Shown piece by piece: positions 20,163-27,749 of a stretch of 64,000 nucleotides of DNA. A model generated the notes under the pieces. The model ran no database searches. It was not told the DNA's origin and saw only the letters and a list, made by a program, of their open reading frames with translations. The stretch comes from a bacterium (GTDB lineage Bacteria > Patescibacteriota > Dojkabacteria > B142 > OLB20): assembly GCA_021463645.1 (NCBI GenBank), contig JAJTYI010000001.1, positions 33,803-97,802 of the forward strand, in the 5' to 3' direction. Within the stretch, counting starts at the first letter, position 1; each line of letters begins with the position of its first letter. A program made the translations under genes and the position numbers.

Positions 20163-20252
20163 TGGCGGAGGAGATGGGATTCGAACCCATGTAGCGCTTT
20201 CGCACCAACAGTCTTTCCAGGACTGCGCACTAGACCACTATGCGACTCCTCC
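20163..20252 (-). tRNA. tRNA-Ser, anticodon GGA, class II with a long variable arm and an encoded CCA.
   Basis: The reverse complement folds as a cloverleaf: acceptor GGAGGAG/CTCCTCC, anticodon stem CAGTC/GACTG, loop CTGGAAA, variable arm TGGTGCGAAAGCGCTACA, T-arm TGGGTTCGAATCCCA, 3' GCCA. Confidence 0.93.
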
Positions 20253-20401
20253 AGTATGTTGTTTTATGTGTCTTTCTCCCTCTTCATTTCATTTCGAGGG
20301 ACTAAGGGACTCTATGGCTCATTCTTCGCCTAGACTCCCTTGAGCAGGACTGCCAATTATACTTGACAATCATTCATGTTAGAACAAACTCTTGTTTTAT
20401 C

Positions 20402-20428
20402 CTTCGTAGCATTTATGCGAAGAAGGAC
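20402..20428. repeat. Dispersed copy of the palindromic unit that is found in tandem at 63887-63977.
   Basis: CTTCGTAGCATTTATGCGAAGAAGGAC compared with CTTCGTAGCTTCAGCGAAGAAGAAC. The architecture is the same: CTTC-GTA-inner palindrome-GAAG. Confidence 0.6.
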
Positions 20429-20787
20429 ATCTCTCCAGTATTGTGTTAATTTTACCACCTCCCGCGTACTTTCTCGAGAATCTTTTAATAATTTGTCAAA
20501 ATATTTTTTTACTACGTTATTATATATAACATTACTTTATATATATCCCCAGGATGAATATGTCCCAGTGGCAGAGCGCTATGACGATAGATTTGTATAA
20601 ATCATGTTGTAGCCAATGGCATAACTATTCATACAAAAACTCCGGGAACGAAGCCGACAATAGTATAGCTACTATAGTCGTAGACGAAAAAGGAGTTTAT
20701 AGTCAACTTTAAATAATTAGAGCTGATTTTATTATAAAAGATTTAATTTCTCAGAAATTTTCCATGTTTTGTTGCTAGTATTCTTTT

Positions 20788-21063
20788 ATGAAAGAAAGAA
20801 TATTTAATAAAAAAATAATATTTAGACTCATCATCGCCACATATATTTTTATGAGCCTACTGACGCTGGGCTTTATTGGCGAGAGAAATTACAGGTCAAA
20901 TTTAATAAAGTATGGGTATGAACTGGGCAGTGAAATGACCATTGAAAATATTGTGGGGCAGATTGAGAGTGACCCGTGTGGGGAGATTCGTATCCAGGCT
21001 CAGCAACAATCAATTTCATTGTTTGATTCTAACTGCTTAGACAAGATTAAGTTGGAGAGATAG
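20788..21063 (+). CDS. Small membrane-anchored hypothetical protein.
   Basis: 91 aa with one TM (IIFRLIIATYIFMSLLTLGFIG). Coding status is uncertain. Confidence 0.4.
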   Translation: MKERIFNKKIIFRLIIATYIFMSLLTLGFIGERNYRSNLIKYGYELGSEMTIENIVGQIESDPCGEIRIQAQQQSISLFDSNCLDKIKLER

Positions 21064-21189
21064 TATTTGCCATGCTAGATTACGATTCCATGAAAATATT
21101 GTACTATCTTTGTTTATCCAATTAGTTATGTAAGATTTTACTTTAATATAAGTAGTATAAGGATATGATTAATCATGAGCTTTCAATAT

Positions 21190-23622
21190 TTAATGCGCAG
21201 ACTTCTTATTGAACCAATCAAATTTAAATTTTGAAGAAAACAAACCCAAACTCTCAGTAATTTGATGTTGCGCATAATGAACAAACATTGGAATAGATCT
21301 TCTAAATAGGAACTTTGGATTCATAGCATCAGCTAAACTATAGAAATGCAAACTGAACAGTTTTAAGTTTGGCATATTCCCCAGAGGTAACAAACCACCA
21401 CCATCTACAGCGGATGCATAATTCTTCGCTACCATAGCCATAAATCTTTTATTTATCTCTTCCTCAGTAACATATATTCCTTCTTTAATCGCATGTTCCA
21501 TCCTTTTTACAGAAATCCCCAACGATGCTTTACAGGCAGCAAAATTATCAAAAGTAGAACTCATTGCTCCGAAAATCATATTCTGTATCAAGTCTATACC
21601 CTGCTCCTTTGCCTTTGGCTTATCATGCAGTATTGAAGTCTTCTCAACTGCATTAATGATGGAACCAAATAATCCCTGAATATATGGAACACAAAGTGAT
21701 TGAAAAGGTAGGGTTGTACTGATATCCACCATCTCATGTCCTATGGCACCACCCCAATGATGGAAATCAGTAGCTGCATTAAACTTACGCCATGCCTCTC
21801 TAGGAGAATATTTAGAAGCTTGCTTGATGTGTGCAATTTCATCTTCATCTTCAAGACCCTGATGTAGTAGATGAGGATGTAATCCCTCACGAATTACCTC
21901 TGTAGCTCTTTTTGCACGACCGAAGGTGGCGTCTTGAATATTAGATTTTACTGTATACTCCCTTAGCGCATTTACGGTTCCCCTTACTGCACGTGGATCT
22001 AACAACTCTTTTATGACACTTGTTTTAGACCTTCCCTCCTTACGAGCTATGATTGAAGCCATCTCTCCGACAAAATTCATATTAGATAAGATCTGAGAAA
22101 CACCATTATATCCGTCTAACATCATTAACGACTCTACACCGTGCTCTCCACCAACCTGAGATAAAGCTAGCCTAGGACCAAAATCAGCACCTAGGACCAA
22201 ATCTTTCACAAATGGAACATTTTTGAAAACCTTAGAAAGGTTTCCATAAAGAATTGGAGGTGCATACATTGCCAAGGAGTTTGGTAAAAATCCTTGCATT
22301 GCAGATATTGCTTCCAAATCAGGTTCCCCATGTTCATCGGTAGCGATTTCTCTTACAATTGAAGTCAAGATACTTGGACCTACTATACTAGTCAGGACCG
22401 GATTTAGTGTATTTATACCTAAAATTAATATCCTGAGCTTCTCAACATTCCCCTTATTTGATAAGTCGAAATCCAAACCTTCAATAAAATTTGCCAAATC
22501 AAGCTCCCCACCAGTACTTCCTAATATCAACTCTCTAAATGCTTCATGATCTGGATATAAATCTTCAGCTGTAGAGATAATATCTACATAACCATCTGGA
22601 TCATTTATTCTTAATTCATCTAGATAATCTCCAAAGTTCTCAGCTGTAACTCCATCCAACCCAGCTAACTCAATAAATTTTTCAACTTCTTTTTTACGTC
22701 CCGCAATTACTAAATCTGAAGCTTCTGTCAGTGCCAAAATAGTTGCTGTAGCAGTAACTGTTTCCTTGGAGTTATGTTCTAGTTCTATTTTTCTATCTTC
22801 ACTGCCGATGAGATAAGAGAATCCAGTCCATGCCATTACCCTTGCATAATCACCTTTTGTAATATGTCCAATGTCGGGATTAAGTGTATTCATGATACCT
22901 TTTATTGCTATTATGGATCCAACTACATCTATAACCACCTCTCTTGGTTCCTTTCCTAAGTTAGTTTCAACCCAACCTAATAAATTATCAATCTGTTCCG
23001 AAATATTTATATCTTCACCACTTTCAGTTGTATCACGTAAGATTTCATTTAATTCATCATTGATACCAAAAGCAGTGGTTCCATCCTCTCTCTGAAACAT
23101 ATTTATTCCGACTTTCTGTAGTCGTTTCTGTGTCTCATTTAATCCATTAGCAAAAACTTCTCCGGCACCAGTATTTATTTGCTCCCGTGATTCTTGTTCT
23201 ACCTTAAATGGATTTATTTTATTAACCTTGCCAACTAGGGGGGTAGCTACAAGGACTCCAGTATATTCCAGGAAACCTCTTCTAGTAACATCATGACTAT
23301 TTAATCTATTCAAAAAATGTCTAATTCCCGCCTCCGCTCCTACTGAGTCTTCGTCCCTAATATTTCCCTCAGCATCTATTTGTTGAACTTGTTCCTTCAC
23401 CATATTTAAACCCAGAAGGTTTCTTCTCATATTCCGATCTCTCTCACTTAATTGTGGTCCCTCTAAACGTGCACCAATTTTGGTGATAAAGCTTTTTACG
23501 AAAGAAAGTTTACGGACACTTCCCACATCTTGAATTTTACTAGGAGTTTCTCCAAGTTGAAACATACTATTAATATTTTCAGTTGGATTATTTTTTAATC
23601 CACTAATAATTATAGGATCCAT
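21190..23622 (-). CDS. Large orphan protein (810 aa), with no family recognised by eye.
   Basis: Long uninterrupted ORF with normal amino-acid composition. It has an internal TRRGFLEYTGVLVATPLVG segment (residues 113-131) and histidine clusters HPHLLHQG and HHWGGAIGHEM. Confidence 0.7.
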   Translation of the reverse strand: MDPIIISGLKNNPTENINSMFQLGETPSKIQDVGSVRKLSFVKSFITKIGARLEGPQLSERDRNMRRNLLGLNMVKEQVQQIDAEGNIRDEDSVGAEAGIRHFLNRLNSHDVTRRGFLEYTGVLVATPLVGKVNKINPFKVEQESREQINTGAGEVFANGLNETQKRLQKVGINMFQREDGTTAFGINDELNEILRDTTESGEDINISEQIDNLLGWVETNLGKEPREVVIDVVGSIIAIKGIMNTLNPDIGHITKGDYARVMAWTGFSYLIGSEDRKIELEHNSKETVTATATILALTEASDLVIAGRKKEVEKFIELAGLDGVTAENFGDYLDELRINDPDGYVDIISTAEDLYPDHEAFRELILGSTGGELDLANFIEGLDFDLSNKGNVEKLRILILGINTLNPVLTSIVGPSILTSIVREIATDEHGEPDLEAISAMQGFLPNSLAMYAPPILYGNLSKVFKNVPFVKDLVLGADFGPRLALSQVGGEHGVESLMMLDGYNGVSQILSNMNFVGEMASIIARKEGRSKTSVIKELLDPRAVRGTVNALREYTVKSNIQDATFGRAKRATEVIREGLHPHLLHQGLEDEDEIAHIKQASKYSPREAWRKFNAATDFHHWGGAIGHEMVDISTTLPFQSLCVPYIQGLFGSIINAVEKTSILHDKPKAKEQGIDLIQNMIFGAMSSTFDNFAACKASLGISVKRMEHAIKEGIYVTEEEINKRFMAMVAKNYASAVDGGGLLPLGNMPNLKLFSLHFYSLADAMNPKFLFRRSIPMFVHYAQHQITESLGLFSSKFKFDWFNKKSAH

Positions 23623-23727
23623 AAGATTTTCTCAATAAAAAAAGACTCGAAAGTCAAAAACAAAACTCAATTTTATTACTCATCTGTCAACTAGTCAATA
23701 CAGATTTAGTAATTGTCTATTTTGTAT

Positions 23728-23756
23728 TTGACACCGGAATAGCCGAGATATATAAT
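23728..23756 (+). promoter_or_regulatory. Perfect sigma-70 consensus promoter for the Fic gene.
   Basis: TTGACA (23728-23733), a 17-nt spacer, then TATAAT (23751-23756). The ATG is at 23778. Confidence 0.6.
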
Positions 23757-23777
23757 CAAATCAGTTATATTACATAA

Positions 23778-24815
23778 ATGGAAATCAAGTATTCAGTAAC
23801 CGAGCAACTACTTAACATAATAAGTAAATTCCAAGAACTACATGGCCGAGTTTATGGCGCCTACAACTTCCTCGATCACGAGACACAACGAAAGATATTC
23901 ATAGAGGCAGAAGAAATCGCTGCTTTTTCTGCTGTTATAAATGATATCGGAGCTATGGAGGAGCTTAGTAAAGACTGGGATACAAAGTTGATTAATAAAT
24001 TACTGAGTGCAGAAGACAAAGTTTATTATCATAACTACCTTTCAATTTTAAGAGAATTTCCCAAACTCGTTCCTGACAAAGGAAATCTAATCACTTCCGA
24101 TATGTTAAAAACTGTTCACAAAAAGCTTTTATCACAAGACACATCACACTTCAGAACTGATACAAAAGAGATCTCTTCGATTACAATCGAAGATGGAATT
24201 AAATACGAATATCAGTCAACTGTACGAACTCATCCAAATGCAATAGTACCTAAATTAAATGAGTTCTCTAAGTGGCTGGAAAGCAACCAAGGTTTAAACC
24301 CTGTTATTTTGGCAGCGATAACATACTTTAAAATTGCCGAAATACATCCCTTCCATGAAGCAAATGGTAGATCCTCAAAAATATTATCGCGCGCTAAATT
24401 GTACAAGCATGGAATTGATACACACTTATTACTAACAATCGATGATTACCTATTAACCAACCAACATTACTATTTCGATATTATAGAACAGACAATTAAT
24501 AGTCAGGATTTGACAAAATGGATAGAATTTTACGCAAAAAGTCTTTTACATGGTGTTACACAAACCGCAAGGTTAATCTACAACCACACAGCAGGCACGA
24601 TAGATATTATGAACAATAAGTTCACCATCTTGAAACCCAGAGAAAAAGAAGTGATGCAAATTATCATGGATACCCAGAACTCAAGTGGAGCTGAAATAGG
24701 TCGAGAACTTAATATGACAAGACAAAATGTGAATGTTATCATCAAAGGACTCTTGAAGAAAGGTTTAATTAAGAAGATTGGGAAGAACACAGGAGTAAGG
24801 TACATTCCCACTTAA
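23778..24815 (+). CDS. Fic/DOC-family protein with a C-terminal winged-helix DNA-binding domain.
   Basis: Fic motif HPFHEANGRSSK (HxFx[DE][GA]N[GK]R) starting at nt 24345. The C-terminal part (LKPREKEVMQIIMDTQNSSGAEIGRELNMTRQNVNVIIKGLLKKGLI) looks MarR/wHTH-like. Confidence 0.85.
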   Translation: MEIKYSVTEQLLNIISKFQELHGRVYGAYNFLDHETQRKIFIEAEEIAAFSAVINDIGAMEELSKDWDTKLINKLLSAEDKVYYHNYLSILREFPKLVPDKGNLITSDMLKTVHKKLLSQDTSHFRTDTKEISSITIEDGIKYEYQSTVRTHPNAIVPKLNEFSKWLESNQGLNPVILAAITYFKIAEIHPFHEANGRSSKILSRAKLYKHGIDTHLLLTIDDYLLTNQHYYFDIIEQTINSQDLTKWIEFYAKSLLHGVTQTARLIYNHTAGTIDIMNNKFTILKPREKEVMQIIMDTQNSSGAEIGRELNMTRQNVNVIIKGLLKKGLIKKIGKNTGVRYIPT

Positions 24816-24831
24816 ATCGTCAACGATAACA

Positions 24832-25935
24832 ATGTCAAAGCGTGCAGAACAACTTGCAGGAATAATCCTAAATCATTCCCTTAATGTTCAAAAGGGTGAG
24901 AAACTCACAATTTCAGCTTCTGATTTTTCAAGCATAGAACTACTAGAACCACTTTATGAGCAAGCAATCCTAAAAGGTGCACTGGTAAATCTCGATATCT
25001 TCACAGGGAATTTTAGTGTTGGGAGAGCTGACTTCGGCAATTTTTCCAAAACCTTCTATAAAAATGCCACGAAAGATCAACTTGAAGATGTCTCATTGTA
25101 TGCTTTGCAAACCGAATGGGCTGATAAAGTTGTAAAGATTGTATCAATTCATGATAAAAGCTTCCTAAACGAAATCGATAGCTCAAAGATTTCATTAAGG
25201 CAATCTGTATTGAGACCAATTTCAGATAAAATGCTTCAGAAACCATGGTGCTTAACATATTACCCCACCAAAGCCTTGGCAGAAAACTCAGGAATGACTC
25301 TCGACGAGTTCACCGACTTTTATTACGAGGCTTGCAATGTCGACTATGCTAAGATGGATGCAGATATACTTCCTTTACAAGAATTATTAGATAAGAGTGA
25401 ACAAGTCGAGATAAAAGGTGATGGGATAGATCTTACATTTAGCATCAAAAATCGCCTCTCATTAGGTGTAGACAATGGTAAACATAACATTCCTGACGGT
25501 GAGTGTTTCATTGCTCCTATCGAAAACTCCGCGGAAGGATTTATAGAATTTGAATTACCTCAGATATACAATGGTAATGAAGTTGAAGGTATAAGATTAG
25601 AATTTCAGAAAGGCAAAGTTATTAAATATTCATCTAAGACTAACTCCAAATTCCTGAAGGGCATTTTCGAAAGCCACGAAGGTAATAAAAGGATAGGTGA
25701 ATTTGGAATCGGAATGAACAAAAAAATCACAAAGTACATAAAGGATATTTTATTCGATGAGAAAATTTATGGAACAGTTCATTTCGCGCTAGGAATGTCA
25801 TACCCATACAAACGAGGTGGTGGTAAAAACCAAGCTCCGATTCATTGGGATATGATTAAAGATTTAAGACACGTGGGAAGCACTATCAAAGTGGACGATA
25901 GGTTCGTATTTAAAAACGGAGAAATTATGAAATGA
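24832..25935 (+). CDS. M29-family (AmpS/PepS-like) aminopeptidase.
   Basis: The N-terminus KRAEQLAGIILNHSLNVQKGEKLTI and the C-terminal EFGIGMN...GTVHFALG...HWDM pattern are typical of M29. Confidence 0.75.
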   Translation: MSKRAEQLAGIILNHSLNVQKGEKLTISASDFSSIELLEPLYEQAILKGALVNLDIFTGNFSVGRADFGNFSKTFYKNATKDQLEDVSLYALQTEWADKVVKIVSIHDKSFLNEIDSSKISLRQSVLRPISDKMLQKPWCLTYYPTKALAENSGMTLDEFTDFYYEACNVDYAKMDADILPLQELLDKSEQVEIKGDGIDLTFSIKNRLSLGVDNGKHNIPDGECFIAPIENSAEGFIEFELPQIYNGNEVEGIRLEFQKGKVIKYSSKTNSKFLKGIFESHEGNKRIGEFGIGMNKKITKYIKDILFDEKIYGTVHFALGMSYPYKRGGGKNQAPIHWDMIKDLRHVGSTIKVDDRFVFKNGEIMK

Positions 25936-25964
25936 AATTGTTAAGAAATTAAGGAATTCAAAGA

Positions 25965-26591
25965 TTATTTAATTTCAATATCCTCAATCACCACATCCTC
26001 AAGTGGCTTGTCATTTGCACCAGTTTCAATTTTTCCAATAGCTTCAACAACCTCGATTCCACTGGTAACTTTTCCAAATACGGGGTGTTTATCGTCTAGG
26101 AAATTATTATCAACAAGATTAATAAAGAATTGACTACCACCGGTATTTGGCCCTGAATTTGCCATTGACAATGTGCCTTTGTTATTTTTATTGTCATCAG
26201 TGAACTCGTCTGGGATAGAATACCCTGGACCACCCGAACCTATTCCATCAGGATCACCACCTTGAATCATAAAACCATCAATTACTCTGTGGAATATTAC
26301 TCCATCATAGAAGTCATCTTGGGCAAGTTTCAGGAAATTATTTGCAGTTATTGGCATACTCTCATTAAATAACTCTATTGTTATATCACCTTTGTTGGTT
26401 TTCATAACTACTGTTTTGTTTGGTTGTGGAGTCTCATTAATCATTTCTGAATTTATATTAGTTAAAGTATTATCCGTTGCAGCCTCTTCAGTCACAGTTA
26501 CTTCGTCTACGTTACGCACACAGCCAGTGAGCAATAGAATGCTTACAAGAATTGTGACATGGAAGAAAGATTTTTTCATAATTTTATACAA
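25965..26591 (-). CDS. Cyclophilin-type peptidyl-prolyl isomerase, lipoprotein.
   Basis: Lipobox LLLTGC, then [15 protein letters not shown]...[19 protein letters not shown]. Confidence 0.9.
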   Translation of the reverse strand: MYKIMKKSFFHVTILVSILLLTGCVRNVDEVTVTEEAATDNTLTNINSEMINETPQPNKTVVMKTNKGDITIELFNESMPITANNFLKLAQDDFYDGVIFHRVIDGFMIQGGDPDGIGSGGPGYSIPDEFTDDNKNNKGTLSMANSGPNTGGSQFFINLVDNNFLDDKHPVFGKVTSGIEVVEAIGKIETGANDKPLEDVVIEDIEIK

Positions 26592-26648
26592 AATAACCTA
26601 AACAGATTAGCATAAAATTCATGCCGCCCTCAAGAGAGGGCGACATAA

Positions 26649-27125
26649 ACTGTTTCGTAAGCCGGATTCTGTATCCTTGCGCTTTGCGCAATTGAGATAG
26701 TCATTTGTCTATGCCCCCGCCCTCAGAACACATGATTTTAATCATAATATCCTGAGGGCGGGGTTGCTCCGAGCAGGGGTTACCAAGCACTTATCTGTTG
26801 CCAAATAAGCCGGTGGTCTCTTACACGCCCTCTGATGTACTAATTATCAAAAGACACTGGCTTAGCCAGCCACCTTTTCAAGTTCACTTATAGATATTCG
26901 TCTTCATTACGACCTTTTTCAGGCGGGCTGACAACCCATTCCTTCTATAAGCACTTTACTCTCTGTTGCCCTTTTATCCGTAAGTTCACACCTACCCCCG
27001 CCCTCATCTTATGAGAGCTGGGTACCCATCCCGTTTTAAAACGGGACCGAAAAGGAGTCCGGACTTTCCTCCCCTCTCTCTAATTCCCAAAGGACCAAGA
27101 AGGAGGAGCGACCATCAAAAACAGT
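26649..27125 (-). ncRNA. rnpB: RNase P RNA, bacterial type A, enlarged (at least 477 nt).
   Basis: On the reverse complement: GAGGAAAGTCCGG (27059-27071), CAACAGAGAG, GTAAGAG, GGTAACCCC..CGGAGCAA and ACAGAATCCGGCTTA (26658-26672). The terminal helix ACTGTTT (27125-27119) pairs with AAACAGT (26655-26649), and GATGGTC pairs with GACTATC as P2. A GC hairpin GCCCTC-tctt-GAGGGC follows at about 26628-26643. Confidence 0.9.
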
Positions 27126-27130
27126 GATTA

Positions 27131-27139
27131 ATTATATCA
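27131..27139 (-). promoter_or_regulatory. Extended -10 promoter (TGATATAAT) for rnpB.
   Basis: The reverse complement reads TGATATAAT, then 5 nt, then the first base of the terminal helix at 27125. No good -35 is present, which is consistent with the extended -10 class. Confidence 0.5.
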
Positions 27140-27144
27140 CGTAA

Positions 27145-27702
27145 CTAATAAGTGATACGATCTTCGAAGGTATAGGATTTTTCTTCGTAAACAAGTGTGA
27201 TTTCGACTTTATAAGAATCTTTTGGTATCGATAAATCAAAATTACTTGGATTTGAGGCACTTCTTGCAAGTTCATACTTTGTAAAGTTCTCTTTTCCTTT
27301 TATGTTCCAATATATATCAAATGTGTCACCACTCGTACCCCACGGTTTACCACTCACATAAGGGACAAACTCGAAATTTACATTTACCAGTGCCATCGTC
27401 TGACTTTTGACGGTTGCACTAATTTCACCATCAACGGTAACATCTGCTTGAGTATCTGATGGAGTAGGTGCAACAGGTCCATACATCGCAAAAAGCAAGA
27501 TGCTGCCAAGCGTTATAAAACCTATCAGAGGATATATATTTTTACCTAAGAATCCATACCTCGGATTTTCAAAATTATTGAGTTTACTCTTGAGATGGAT
27601 TATATATAGAACTAATGTGACAATAATCGCGACGACACCTAAACCTACAAACAACCCTGTAAGAGAATAACCTTCATTAAAAATTCCAAAAATATTATCC
27701 AT
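27145..27702 (-). CDS. Two-TM membrane protein with a beta-rich ectodomain. Last gene of the VirB4 operon.
   Basis: TM helices LTGLFVGLGVVAIIVTLVLYII and IYPLIGFITLGSILLFAMYG, then about 100 aa with alternating beta-like periodicity. Confidence 0.55.
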   Translation of the reverse strand: MDNIFGIFNEGYSLTGLFVGLGVVAIIVTLVLYIIHLKSKLNNFENPRYGFLGKNIYPLIGFITLGSILLFAMYGPVAPTPSDTQADVTVDGEISATVKSQTMALVNVNFEFVPYVSGKPWGTSGDTFDIYWNIKGKENFTKYELARSASNPSNFDLSIPKDSYKVEITLVYEEKSYTFEDRITY

Positions 27703-27749
27703 AATATTAAATACTATAATATTTTTAGAAATAATAGAACATAATTAAA

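Noticed and set aside
20376-20600. 74-aa ORF in the tRNA-Ser flanking region.
   Set aside because: Its composition is implausible and it crosses palindromic repeat and hairpin elements. It has no ribosome-binding context. The region is better explained as non-coding.
20555-20600. tRNA D-arm-like string CCCAGTGGCAGAGCG, suggesting a second tRNA.
   Set aside because: No T-arm (GTTCGAATC-like) and no acceptor pairing could be found nearby on either strand.
20620-20700. SRP (4.5S) RNA-like motif: CTCCG-GGAA-CGAAGCCGAC resembles the GGAA tetraloop plus the GGAAGCAGCC 3' side of SRP domain IV.
   Set aside because: The 5' side lacks the conserved AGG/CAGG symmetric-loop nucleotides. The helix closing the tetraloop is only 2 bp. 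The flanking pairing (AAACTCC/GGAGTTT) does not match SRP helix 8 geometry.
20163-26591. Genomic island integrated at tRNA-Ser (orphan 810-aa gene, Fic, single unrelated genes).
   Set aside because: The block lies on the 5' side of the tRNA rather than the 3' side. No integrase is present and I could not find a direct repeat of the tRNA 3' end. It is kept only as context in the findings.
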